The translations under genes were made by a program, and so were the position numbers. The notes beneath the pieces are model-generated. The model was not told the DNA's origin and searched no databases. It saw only the letters and a program-made list of their open reading frames with translations. Positions 50,479 through 64,000 of a stretch of DNA of 64,000 bases are shown one piece after another. Each line of letters starts with the position of its first letter. Positions within the stretch are counted from its first letter, which is position 1. The stretch is from Seison nebaliae (Eukaryota). The stretch covers positions 1 to 64,000 of the forward strand of contig JALJEE010000027.1 of NCBI GenBank assembly GCA_023231475.1. The letters run 5' to 3'.

Positions 50479-52954
50479 CAACCCGATGAAGAAACAGTCA
50501 CTGAATATATTTCACACAACAACAAGAATGTGATTAAATTATCGAATTTGAGTTTATATCAAAAAATTATCTTGTCAACTCTTTCTTTTATTTGTGATTA
50601 AATAAGAATAATTGTCATAAGAATTTTTTTTTGAAAAAAAAGTAAGTTTTATTCGAACTTCAATCACTCAACCTTCAACAAAATTTCTCTTCCGATTGTT
50701 GTCATTTGAAAACTTCCATGTGAGTCTATGAAGAGATAAAAATCTCCCTCAGATCTTTTCACACTTAACTTAATTCGTATCGGAGTCACTTTTTATATCT
50801 TTTATTCCAATCCTTTCTTTCTCATTAATATCTCATATTTTCGTATTCATCCGAACTAACATCTCGAATTCATTCCCGCCAATAGTCAATGTCCGGTCTA
50901 AATTTTCCCTCAGAAATCACATTCTTTTTTTTGTTAAAACCGAAAGATTTTTTTTTTTTTGATTCTTAAAACTCGAAATTTCTCTTTTGACTAATTTCAT
51001 CAATTTCCAACTCTCAAATTATTTTGTCGCATTTTATTGACCGTTATTTAAACAAATAATAATGAACCATTCAATTCTTCTAACTTGTCTCTCTCTCAAC
51101 AGCACGAAAGTAAAAATTGAAAGAAAATATATTTTTTAAAAATTTGAATTGATGCCAAAAAAAAATTGATTTCCTTTTTACATACTGTATAAACTTACTT
51201 ACAAACATTAATGAGGGATATATAAAAAAATTGTGTACAGAGTTATCTGTTCACAGATAAATACGTTTCTTATATAAAACTAAAAAAAAAGTTTATTCGA
51301 ATTGTGGAGAATGATTTGAATGATAGTTATTATTATTTTGAAAAAAAATTTGTGTTTCCTATTGAAACGATCTGTTTTCTCCAAATCACTTTCTCTTATG
51401 TCTTCAAATAAATTCTCTTTTTTTTTCTTCTTGATAGAAACAATTCAAATGAGTTTTCTAAAACGCCGTTGTCTGTCTATTTGTTTTACGTTGAATGTTT
51501 TGCTTATTTATTTTATCTCTCATTATTTTCTAGTTGTTCATTATTTATGTAATTCGTTATAAGTAACGATCTCCTTCTCAATCGAACTAAAAAATTTTAC
51601 GAGAGAAAATATACAGATAAATTTCTTTCTGTTTTCAATTCACCATTCGAGAGAATTTCAAGATAGGACGTTGGAAAAAAATCTTTTTTTTTAATTTTCA
51701 TTTATTCAACATTTATCATTATTAGAAGTTAGAAAAGTTGTGTAAATGAATTTTGTATTTTGAGGAGATAAATCAGAGGAATTATTCATGGGAGAGAATT
51801 GACCATCAAATATTTCTAAAATTTCCTGATCGACTCGGTATCAGTGACGAGTAATAATTAGATGTTAGATGGACAAGTGTTGATGTGAAGTGGGTGAAGG
51901 GAGGAGGAGTGTAGGAGATAAATGCTTGAGATAAGTCAACTTCCAACAGCAGTGAGAGTGAACGTTAAAGTTTTCCGTTAAAAAAGATAAAAAGTAAATT
52001 TTTGTGACAAGACAAAAAATTATTCCCATTATTAGTTCTTCACATCCAATTGATAAGAAGAAAAAAATAATAATGATGAAAGTAATGAGTAATAAAGTTT
52101 CATGGGACGAATGAGAGAGCAATAGAGATGACACGATTCATTCTAATTTGACAATTATTGTTGTTGTTGATATTATCGATGTTGTTTTTATATTAATTCG
52201 AAATGAGATTGAGGATGAAGAGAAAATAGATGCAGACCGTTAAAAATTGCGAAATGAAGTTTTGATGATCTGATGACGACATGAAGTTCGATAATATAAC
52301 GTCTCTGATGAATAGATTGGATGAGAGATAGATGGATTGAATACAGACAAAATGGTTTGATATGTGAATCATGAAATCTCATTTTGATCCGTAAATATGA
52401 TGAAATTTAAAGTTTAATTTTTTAAGTGGTACAATTTATGAAGCGAATCCTAATTCATTTCAACAGTCTCACTCACATTCATTTACGTTCACAGTCATTA
52501 AATGAACTAGTAGATTTGACGAAAGAAATTTTAATAATCATAATAAATGAAAAATAATCATATTCTACTTTTCGATGGACAAAAGCCATTAAAGAGAGCC
52601 CAGTTCATTTGCCTAATCCATTTTCTCATTATATAATCCATATTAGGTTATCCGTTCTTCTTCAATTATTTCTCCTTTTCTTTTCTCCTCCATCTACGAA
52701 AATTTGAAAAAAAATTCATTTTATCATCACATTATCCATATCCATTCTCAATCAATCCACAAGGAATGCGAAGAATTCATGCAAATTCTTTCAGGGAAGT
52801 ATCATGTCCAATCCGATACATCTGTTTTCCTTTCTCATTAGAGACGAGTGTGGAGAAATAACTATAAAAATAGCCGATTGCATGCATGCATTTTTGAAGG
52901 GAGAATATGATAATTATATGGTTTCTCTCGTGCTTCCTCATTGGAATGACTCTT

Positions 52955-52973
52955 TCTCTCTCTCTCTCTCTCT
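52955..52973. repeat. (TC)n microsatellite
   Basis: Directly visible. Confidence 0.85.
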
Positions 52974-53588
52974 TTCTTTCTTCCTCATTCAATTATTGTG
53001 TGTGATGGTGGAAATGAATGTTCTCGGAAACGCTATCAAGTAGATTTGAAAGTTGTGGTTAACAAATGTCAAAATGGACAAATTAACGAGCTTTCTTTCT
53101 ATGTCATCTCTCTTTGAAAATTCTTTTTGTTTTCACATTCACGATAATTTTGAAGGGAGAGATGGGACGTTTTCTCTCTTCTCGTCAATGAGACTGCACT
53201 TGTTTTTGGACGATTCTTATTATATGAGCGCACGGTGTATAGATGGTTTTATTCGATCGTATGAAATGATGTGCGCATGTATATATATTTATATATTGAA
53301 ATGGATTGATGTTATCGATTATAAAGGGAGAGAAATAAGAGAGAGGGAACATATTGTGACATTGAATTTCCGATGTGACTACATTTATCCTTTGGTACAT
53401 TGGATTGACCATTGTCCATCGATAATTAATTTTCTTCCTCTTTCTTTCCAATGTATATTCCACTCATTTACTTCCCTTCTTCATTTGGCACCTTCTAATA
53501 TTCTCCTTTTTTCCATTCCCATTAACATTTCCGTTCTTCAAGAAATCATATTGTGAAGGGAAGAAACCGATTCCTATTTCGATTGTCG

Positions 53589-56305
53589 ATGGCAACTTGT
53601 CATGTTTCAGGTGCTTCAATGTCTCTCACGCCCAAAATCAGACGATCGAGACTGTTCATGGAACCGTATCGTAGTTCGCTCACTTGTATAAAACAGGAAC
53701 GATTCAACCGGTATTCATATCCATCCAAAATCCGGTTAGATGATACTTGGAAGAGATACATCAGAAATATTCCTCCCTGGAACAATGAAATGAATAAGGA
53801 GAACATGACACAACTCGATGTTTCTGTTAGTTGTCCAAATTAATTTTAATTATCATCTAAAAAAAATTTATTTAAAATAATTTCAAATATCATTTTAAAA
53901 AAAAGTGAATGGAAATTTAATTAAATTGAAATTAATTATGTTCATAATTAATTTTTTGAAATGTTTCATAAAATTGGAAAATAGTTCTAGAAAAAAAAAA
54001 GAGAGAAAAGTTAATAAAACGAATTTGAGTTAATGTTTCATGATAAAAAGAGGAAACTTTTAAAAGGAATTCAGACACATTTACTTTTCAATTCAAATTT
54101 TTGTTTTAACTTTCCTTTTTCTTTTACCAGGAACATCTAATCAATCGCTGCGAATTTATTTCTCATCATATTCACGTCTTGAAATATTTCGTACAAATCC
54201 ACAAAACCATCGACCGTCATCTTATTCCTCGCGTCGAATTGACTGATTGTCAGAAGTGCACGATCGAAGAGTTTAATAGAGTTTATGCCGATATCAGTTT
54301 GTTGGAGAAGATGTGTCATCGAGCAACAGCGATGAATAGAATAAATGAAATAAGAAATCGTTTACAACGATTAACATTATCGATGCGTGGATTGGAAGAG
54401 CAATATTGTCATACGAGATTGATGGAAGATAAAAAAAATGAATTTCCACAAGAAGAATTGGGAGTCACTTTATTATCGATCGAAACATTAGAGAATCATA
54501 TGGAGAAAGTATTCAAGAGATTATGTCATCTTTTTGAAATGTATGAGCGTGAATACGAGAATAAAATGGCGGATAAATCCGATAATTATGGAAATTATTC
54601 CGATTGTTATTCTGACGGCAAATTTGACGACACTTATACCGGAATGTCATCAATGATGGAGAGTTGTAAGATATCTGGTGATTCGGATAATTTGTTCGAG
54701 AATGATGGATACGGATCATCAGAATGCGATTTATTAAAATCCGATTCAAATTATCTATTAAAATCACAATCTAATTATTTATTGAATGTTTATGATAATG
54801 AAGTGAATGGAAATTGTCTCTATAATGAATATGATCGAACTCCAAAACGTCGTCAATTTATGTCGAATGGAATTCAAAATCATAATTGTAATAACAGTTG
54901 TAATAATCATGAAATGTTTAATAATTGTCTTCATTCTAGTCACCATGCGAATCATATGACTGAATTCAATGGAACTCCATTGAAACATCGACTTAACACG
55001 AAAGAATTCATCGATAATAAATTGACATTTTGTGCCGTTCGAGATAATTATTTAAATAATTCGACCGATTGTCTCGACCATCAAGACGGTCATACTCATT
55101 TGGATGAATCGATTAACGTTTCTTCTCCTTTATCTCAATCCATCACTACCAATCGTCAAATGAGTCCATCGAGAGAATCGAAATTAAAACCGAAAATCTC
55201 ACCAGCTTTATCGGTCAATTCTCAACAAACCGTTCATTCATCATCGTCGAATAATTCGGCATTGAGTAGTGTACAAAAGATTGTGGTTCAAGAGAATGGA
55301 ATTACTCGTCTCACTAATTATACGCCACCACCAAATATCAATATTAATCGATATAAAACGGAATTGTGTCGTCCGTTCGAGGAGAAAGGCGTTTGTCGTT
55401 ACGGAACGAAATGTCAATTCGCTCATGGTAAACATGAATTAAGAGATTTAGATAGACATCCCAAATATAAGACAGAACGATGTAAGACTTATCATACGAA
55501 AGGTTTCTGTCCATACGGACGACGTTGTCATTTTCTTCACGACGATTTGGGATCATCAACAGATTTGTTGTATGATCTCGAATTGACCAGTTCGAGTGAA
55601 AATAATTTATTGAATATGAATACAAATACCAACAACAACAGTAGTTCAACAAGTAACGGCAGTTCTGGAAATGAAGAAATGGAAACGAGCAACAAAATCG
55701 ATGGAAAAAGTGAGGAAAAAAAAACCGTTCTAAAAACCGTTTTAAATTCCTTCATTTCAAATTCACCATCGACCGTCTCGTCGAGACGTAATAGTGTTTC
55801 GACAAATGGTAATAAATGTCAAAAGGAGAAAGACAACATTTCTGATTATCATACGGCTGATTATCTTCTCGAACAATTAGTGGCGATTCGAGACGAGAGT
55901 AAAGTTCGTGAATCGAGTAACGACTCCGTTGAAATGGAACGAGACGATCTTATGGAAGCGAATAATAAAGTCCAAAATCAGATTCGTTCGATTGAAGAGG
56001 AAATTAATTTGTCTTTAAATTTATTGACGGAAGGTGTTAAAGGTGATGTTTGTGAACATGAAAATAATTCAAATAATAACGAGAAAATGGAGAGGGAATT
56101 ATCAGACGATAATGAACATAACAAGGAAAATGAGTTGAGAGTAAAACCGAGTATTCAACTGAATGGCGAATATTTGTCTTCTCCACAAATCAGTCAAACG
56201 ATCAATAAGAAGTGCAAGAATAATGGGACTAATGAAAAGAAAGTTGTAGAGAGTCCACGAACTGAGAATACTTATTCTTCTATTCTTCGACGTTCCTTAA
56301 TCTGA
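53589..56305 (+). CDS. Tis11/ZFP36-family tandem CCCH zinc-finger ARE-binding protein; intron 53820/53826-54130
   Basis: RYKTELC-x8-C-x5-C-x3-H followed by KYKTERC-x8-C-x5-C-x3-H. The first exon is inferred from a phase-0 join. Confidence 0.88.
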
Positions 56306-57441
56306 TATTCTACCAGCTTCAAATCGAATGAGTGGAAATGATGGAACCACACGTTCTCTTCCTCTTTTCATTAAATTATTTCACTCCAAACTATTTTTCA
56401 TTGCTCTTTTACTATCGATTTCCCGTTCGATTCATCTCACTTTCTTCAAATCTCTTTTTCACTATTTCACACACACACATGCACACATACGCACACAATA
56501 ACTTCACCTTCTCTCCTCTATTGTACACAAAACACAAAATACACACATTCAAGACACACAAACACTAACACAATCTTATACATTTCTACTCAATTCATCA
56601 ATTCAACTGTTTCATTGCATATTTTATCAGGAGAAGGAGGAATGCGAGAATAATATTTATGTTAAGAAAAAGAAAACTTTTTAAAATTAATTCGAAATTT
56701 TTTATCCGATTTATTCCTTTTTTTATATAATTATTTCGCTATTCTCATTTCTTTAATTTGTTGTTTCTTTTCCCATCGCTTTTATTTATCTCACTTATCT
56801 CGAATGGATAACACTCTAATTTATTATTTCAAATTGATGATGTTCATTTCTTATCGATGTGCAAATTGATGTTATATCTATATTAGTATTACGTAATTAT
56901 TTATGATGTGTAGATTTCCCAATTTTCCCATTTATCTTTCAATTTGACAAAAGATTCTTTCTATGTTGTGCCCAAACGAATTTTTCTTCAGAGTATCCAC
57001 ATTTTGAATTCTCAAAATCACTCAGTTCACCATCTTACATCTCTTATTTATGAAAGTATTAATTATTTTGTATTTAACAACATCCATCATCTAAACACAT
57101 TGATGCACAAACTGCCCACACATTCATTAGCACACATAAATTAGAGTTATCTTAATCAACGAAAAAAAAACATATGAAAATATGTGAAATTATTTTTGTT
57201 TCTCCATTTTTTTCTAATCATCATAATTATTATTGTCTTTTGAACAAATCTATTTATTTCTCTATCATGATTGATCTATAAATTCTTCAATTGAGATCCA
57301 TAAATCAGATTTCTATTATATTTATACTAAAATATTATTCAAACAATTTTTATTAAAATAAAAATTTATTTAATTTCTAATAAATTCCTCTAATTTCAAT
57401 GAACAACTTTATTTATTATTATTTAATTCCATTCAATCATT

Positions 57442-60400
57442 TTATAACATATTCGCCACTTTTGACGATTTAGCGAATTCGGTTTGAAGATTAATATCGT
57501 TCGCTATCTTGTCATTTTTCTCTTGTTCAATCTCCATCGCTGTCCGTCGTAAATGTTTCTTTGCGTTCTTATTATTCATTCGACCGAATCCCACCGTCGA
57601 ATTCGATGATGATATTCCAACCGTCGTTCCTCCACCAGTAATGGCACTGTTCAGTGCTGAGCCCATAGCACCCGGTGCAGTCGTTGAGAAGTTGGGAACG
57701 GCAACTAATGACGATTGTGTAAAAAGTGGAAACCAAGAAAGTAAAGTCTTTTTTACATTTGAATTTAAATCGACTGCCAAATCATTCATGAGTACTTGTG
57801 CTACACCCATAAAACTGTTTCTATCCAATTTTCCATAATCACCAGTTATGGCAATATGTAGTACTCGATATCTCCAATCAGTATCAACAAAATCATGTCC
57901 ATATCTAAACGAAGGTTCCGTCGTTCTCTCATTGGCAGTAGCCTTCAATTTTTCTGTACAATTCTTCCCATCAAACAAATACAATTTCGCAGTTATAATC
58001 GGCAGTTGTTTAATGCTCGGTTTCAACGCCATATCTTTAGCTCGCACAATTTCACATCTCAATTGTGTGGGCGGGAGACCAGACTCGATAAATTTCAATT
58101 GAATTTTTCCTAAACATGGCGACGCCAACGCTTGACGGCTAATAATTTGACCCGGTCCTAAACCGTCCACAAATTCCGTCACACTTTCATCTTCTCGTAA
58201 CATAGCGTCTTTGAGAATAGACGAAATATCTGAACCTTCACTCGATTGACTTGTCGTTCTGCTAAGTGATCGACTCATCAATTTATCAGGAATTCCAATT
58301 TCTTCCGTTCGATTAAATCCCAAACGTCTTTGGCCCAAATTCGATGCCGATTGACTCTTTTTATTAATTCCTAATATTACCAATGCTTTCGCCACACTTG
58401 TTCGACGTTTGCCTTTCGTATTTGGTGCAGTGCTGGTAGCTGTTGCCGCCGTATCAGAAAGATAACCAGTGACCGCACCGATTTGCGTGTTAGTTGTGGA
58501 AGTGATTGGTCGAATCATATTATCGGGACCATCTAAACCGGCCGCATTTTTCCCTTTATGTTTATTTCGACTTTTGGGATCAGGTACGATCTGTCCGAAA
58601 GGATCAGCTTCGATCATCGCATTTTTGTCCATTGATTTTTGTGCTCCTAATTTCTTCGATTTCGCCAACGATTCACTTTGACTGTGTATCATTTGTAGTT
58701 TTTTCTGCGCTTGAATTTGTTGTTGCACTTTCAATTCTCGATGTGCTCTCAATTTCTTTTGTCTCAACGGATCGTGTCCTCCGAGAATTCCGGCTTTAAT
58801 TAATCCCGCATCACCTTCACCAGGAACAGCTGCTGGAATATTAATATTCTCTACTAATTCCTGATTCTCCATTATCTGTTTCTCATTCAAAGCCAAAGAA
58901 ATGACATTGGACTTTTGAGATGAACGTCTGGTAGCATTCAACATTTGATCTTTTCGTTTTCCTCCCAAATGATTTGGTGTCATTCGATGTCTCATCATAT
59001 TACCACCCATTCCCTTCACATTCGCTTGTTGTTTTTGTTGTTGTTCTCTCAATCGAACTTTATTTCGATGTTTCTCTTTAAACACTTTAATATCTTCGAT
59101 CAATTTGGAGGAAGTGACATTTGTTGAATCGCCCCAAACATTATTATCTTTATCGAATATCGCTGAATGAGTATTAGAACGAGATAATGATGTTTGATGT
59201 TTCAATGTCAATTCATTATTCAATAATAAATCCTCAATACAGAAATCATCAGAAGTATGCAATTCATATGGATGTGTCTTGATAACATGCGGATGTGCCT
59301 TCGAACGACCGGTATATGGATTTAATGTCTTAAATCCTAACGGAGCTTTCGGAAGTATCACATTCGATTTATTCTTGATTGATGGTGGTTGATATTTACA
59401 AATTTTATCATATGTTTCCATCATCTCCTTCCTACTTCGTCGACGACTTAATGTCGGTTTAGCAATATGTCCTCCCGTCTGAACATTCATTGTCGTTGCT
59501 ACTACAACGGCAGGTGACGGTGCAGACATTTGTTGAAATGAGTTGACAATGTTTTGTGGGAGATTCGTAGTCGTTGTCATCATCATCATCGTCATTGGAA
59601 CATTATTCATTTTCTGATTATTCGTTAATTGATATTGATTTGTTTGAATATTTTCATTCATCGACATATTTGCTGGAAATATTTCCGGATAATTATTCAT
59701 ATTACTTATTTTCATTGTAGTTGTTGTTGTTATCATTGTTGTCGTATTTAAATTAGGTGTTGGAACGAATTTATTTATCATTGATGATGGTGGGACGATT
59801 GTGCTATTTGTCATTTGCATCGATATCATATTTTGTTGCGATACATTTCCGTATTGTTGTTCATTTGGTTTCTGTCCTATTAGTTGTGGTGGCTGAATTG
59901 GATTAGTTAATATATTGCCAATATTTGGTTGTTGATTCGTTTGTAGAATGGGCAAAGTCGATTTACTACTAGTCGATTTGGACGTATCGACACTTCCTTC
60001 CAATAAAGTATCTTCGGAATTTCGAGGAGTTAATTCATTAAATTTTATTGGTCGGAAATATGCGGCTGTTGTAGTGGAAGTCATTTTCTCAGTGATAATC
60101 GGAATCGGTTTCTTATTCGAATATGTTTCACTCATAAATTGATTGAATTCTTTTCTTTGCATCGCTATCGATGTTGATGTGACGTCGTTATTTGATTTCT
60201 TCTCCAAACCAATCGAAATATTTGAAAGAATTGTTGTTGGTGTTGTTGTTGTTGTTGTTGGGGATGTGAAGAATTCAGAAGAAACGACATTTGATGAACA
60301 TGTTTGCACATGCGGATATGGAGACAGTAATCGTGGAGCTTTAGTTACATTAACTGATTTTGATGTGACATTTCCAATGATGGTCGACGGTAGAGAAGTA

Positions 60401-63106
60401 TCAACTAAATTATTCGTTTGATCTAATGACGAATTGGATTCATGTTTGGAGAATTGACGAATATTCTTCCCATATTTCCGTTTATTATCAATCGGAGTCT
60501 TTTTTCGAACCTCTACCGTTTTCTTCTGTTTATTACTTTTTAACGATGTCATACTGATGGTATCATTCGATACTTCTTTTGAAAAAGATGTTCCATTTCC
60601 TTTCGGTATTCGTCTCATTTTCGTTCGATTTATTCCAGTTTTACTATTTATCGAAATATTGTCCAATTGTTGTTGACTATTACCTACAACATTTTTCTTC
60701 GATAAATCTTTCTTTCGATTTCCAATTTCCGTTCGTTTTATTTCTTGACGAGGTTTCCCTTTAGACGCTATCGAACCGTTCGAGGTACTAAGAATTCCTT
60801 TGATATTCGTTGTCGTATGAGAAGATTTTTGAACTAATTTATTCTCCTGTACTTTCTTCTCAACCTGTTTACCGGAATTTATCGGTTTTGTTGTAGACAT
60901 CGATTTCTTGACAACTTTTCGAATAACTGGTACTTTTGTGACAGATTGCTTCACCGGTTCCTGATTCGATTCGATAGATGATCTTGAAATCAAATCAGCT
61001 TTCGATGATGAATTACTTGGTCGTTTCGATGAAATATTTGGTCGTACTTTAGAAGTTGTTGGAATTACTGGAGGTTCTGATATTTCCTCTACGACAACTT
61101 CCACTGGAACTGGTTCGATCGGTTTAATAATTTCTTTTTTAATTTCATCTTCTTTTTCTTCAATTATTTTTATTGGAATCGGATCAGGTTCACGTTCAAT
61201 TTCATATTTTGTTGTTTCAACTGAAAAACTTTGTAAATTCGATTGAGTTTCTTTATTACTCGTTGATGGTTCGAGTAAGGAGGAAGGACAAATTGATTCA
61301 TTTTCATATCGAATCAAATCTGTTTGTTTTGAATAAAGATCTTTATAGAAATATCGATTCCATGATCTGATAATATCATCATCTAAATTCGGAATGTTCA
61401 TGACGTTCGGTGTGTTCTTTCTCATGAAATTTTTAGTCGTTTCATTTTGGAAAGATTTCTCCAAATTCTCATTTATTCGAATTTTGATCGGTAGAGGTTT
61501 ATTGAGATCAAATCGAAATTGATCATTTTGTCCTTCTAATTTCTTAAAGAATTCATTCGATTTATTATTCATCAACTTCTCCAACAATTGAGAACGTTCA
61601 TCAATTTCATCTTTCGATATATCGGATGGTGTTGGAATTGATGTTGGAGCAGAATTGAAATTCATTTCTAACAATTCTTCATCATCTCCATAATCAAATT
61701 TCGCCAAATTCGCTAAATACTTTTTTCGTTTTTCTTCTTCATTCACTTTCGACGATTTGATGATTTCTGTCGATTTCGGTTCGAATTTCATTTTTTGTGT
61801 GGATAAATTTAAAATTTTAAAATTATCAAACTTTCTTTCGTTTAAATTTTCAAATTTCTTTTCGCTCAAATGCGATGTGACGTCTATTCGTTTTTGATGG
61901 AATTTATCATCCATTTTCTGATCGTTTGATATGGTTGATGGTAGAATGATATTCTCTTTTGGTTTCGGAAAACTGATCGACGATATCGTCGAACTATTTT
62001 TCGAAATTGATGGTGAACTATTCAACAAATTCCCAATTCTTTTATCAGCCGATTGAGTTAGAATTGACGTGACTAATTTAGATGTCTCTGTTGTTGTTAT
62101 TGTTGTTGTTGTTAAAGTATCTTGTACATTTGTTGTTGTTGTTGTTATTGAATTTTTTGAAGATAATTTCAATTTCAATTCATTCAATCGTTGAAGGAAT
62201 TGATCGGCGGAATTTAAAGATTTTGCATTTAGTTCTTTCGTATCTTCCTCGACTTCGTCACTACTTTCCGACAAAGATGATGATAACGATAATTCTTTTT
62301 TTCCATCAATATTTCCTGATGATTTTGATTTGGGAGATGATTTATCTACCAAATCCAACCAGAGAGCTCCAGCGTCAATTGGTGCGCTTGTAAAAATTTT
62401 TAAAGGTATTTGGGCACATCCAATTTTCGAAGGATTCTCCTCCGATAATTTCGTATCCCAAACGGCGAAATTGATTTCTGTCGATTCCACATCTTTTTCT
62501 GGGATGGGACTGAATGCAAATTTTTGATTCCAAACTGGATCGCATGTTTGTTTTAATGTTTTTGTTTTTCTCGATGACAATAATTTTCTCTCGCTAAATA
62601 AAGTGATTCGACAGAAAACATCTAACATCATTCCACTAACAGCCGATTTTGGTAAGGAAACTGCTCCCATTACCCAAACTCGAAGTTCATATTCTTTCGC
62701 TTCAATTTTCACTTGTAATCGTCCTTTGATGGCATCAGTCAACTCTTCTAATGGATCGAAATATTCAGTGAATTTCTTATTCGATTTTTTATTCATTTGA
62801 TTATAATTATTGTTCATATAATTGAAATGAACTTCCTCGTTATCCGAATTAATTTGTGGAGACGAATAAACGTCATTCAATTCATCCATATCATCCATTA
62901 ATTCATTCTCCCAACCAAATCCCATTGTCGGCGTCGCTGGATCGATTATCGTACTATTGATTAACGTATCGATTCCATCCGGTTTCAATATCGATGCTAA
63001 TGATGTCGCTTTATTCGCTAACGTATTGAAAATATTCGTCGAAGAATTCAATCCCAACAAACTATTCGTTGAACTCATTTCACTCACAATACTTGTTGTT
63101 GGAGTT

Positions 63107-63141
<35 letters not shown>

Positions 63142-63954
63142 AATTAACGATGATGAATGAGATATTTCATTATTTTCATTATCATTTCCTGTTAATTTAG
63201 ATAAACTGTCAAAAACGGAGAATCTGGACGAGAAAGTTTTGGACAGTTCCTCATTCTTCCGACTCAATTTATCCAGAACTGAACTAGTTCGATTCATAGA
63301 GAATTGTTCACTCTTATTCCTCAACATCTTCAGCGGGGAATTTTGTTGTGATGAATTTTCATTTTCCATTTTCTTCGTTCCTTCTTCGATCATATTACGG
63401 ATACCGGAAAGGAAGTTTGCACCATCATCTAATTCATATGTTTTGGAAGAAGTTTCTTTATTTTCTAGAGACAATTTTTCATATTTATTCGTCATTTTCT
63501 CTTTGGGCAAATTTGATTTTCCATCTTTCATTGATATCAATGACGTTGGTTTCCTGCTTGAAAATAAAATATTTTTAGCAATGACTTCTCAAATTTTATT
63601 TTATAAAACAAAATTTTAACTTCTCTTCAGATTTGAATAAATTCACTTTTTCCAAATTTTCATTATCTCCTTTCACGATATTTGGTAGAATGTTTGTTTG
63701 TTTCGTATTATTATTTGAACGGAAATTTGTCGTCATTGTTATTCCACCAACAGTAGTAGTAGTAGGAGGAGCGATACTAGTGATGGTGGTAGAGATAGTG
63801 GCAATTGTGGTAGTGGTGATGGTAGTGGGAGTAGTAAATTGAGTTGTAGACGAACTAGTGGAGATATTTGAGAATAGATTTCCCAATAAACTTTTTCGTC
63901 CATCATCTGATTTTTCTTCCTTCTCAAATTTCTTCTCACTTTTGTCAGTTTTCT
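57442..63954 (-). CDS. RIM/UNC-10-like active-zone protein (C2A and C2B), 5' end beyond the window; intron 63557-63620
   Basis: FVDGLGPGQIISRQALASPCLGKIQL and GDYGKLDRNSFMGVAQV (RIM C2B), GFNRTEEI, and C2A RKTKTLKQTCDPVWNQKF. Another acceptor lies at 63955. Confidence 0.88.
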
Positions 63955-64000
63955 CTAAAAATACAAATAAATAATAACGGATTAATTTCACTAAATTATA

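Noticed and set aside
56640..57430. AU-rich elements in the Tis11 3' UTR suggesting autoregulation
   Set aside because: ATTTA motifs are everywhere at this AT content.
1..64000. Alternative genetic code, frameshifting or pseudogenes as the cause of fragmented ORFs; CRISPR, tRNA, rRNA, transposons
   Set aside because: Short GT-AG introns explain the breaks under the standard code, and none of the other elements was recognisable by eye.

Overview
AT-rich, gene-dense eukaryotic DNA from an animal (Wnt, TGF-beta, kindlin, RIM and Mos are present), probably a small-genome invertebrate; I cannot name the species. I reconstructed 19 protein-coding genes by hand: TIM17, PheRS-alpha, kindlin, a TGF-beta-family ligand, MCM10, TAF2, a secreted Gly-rich peptide, DYNC2LI1, Mos, an Ig/HYR membrane protein, RBBP4/7-like, a miniature CtIP, a degenerate Wnt, AMSH, FBXO16, two unknown tandem paralogues, a PAR-bZIP, Tis11/ZFP36, plus a 5'-truncated RIM. 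The strongest signal is in the splicing. Of 51 inferred introns (mostly 40-77 nt), 47 start with GTT, with GTTAG(T/A/C) recurring; the others are 2 GTG, 1 GTC and 1 ambiguous, and none needs the usual GTA. Canonical-looking GT(A/G) donors lie unused inside exons, and about a quarter of acceptors are AAG. This points to a shifted 5' splice-site code. Other oddities are a Wnt without its acylation hairpin, a TGF-beta ligand without the dimer cysteine, a 122-aa CtIP, a roughly 2355-aa TAF2 and a hymenoptaecin/attacin-like peptide precursor. All gene models come from manual reading of frame and remembered homology, with no transcript data or database searches.
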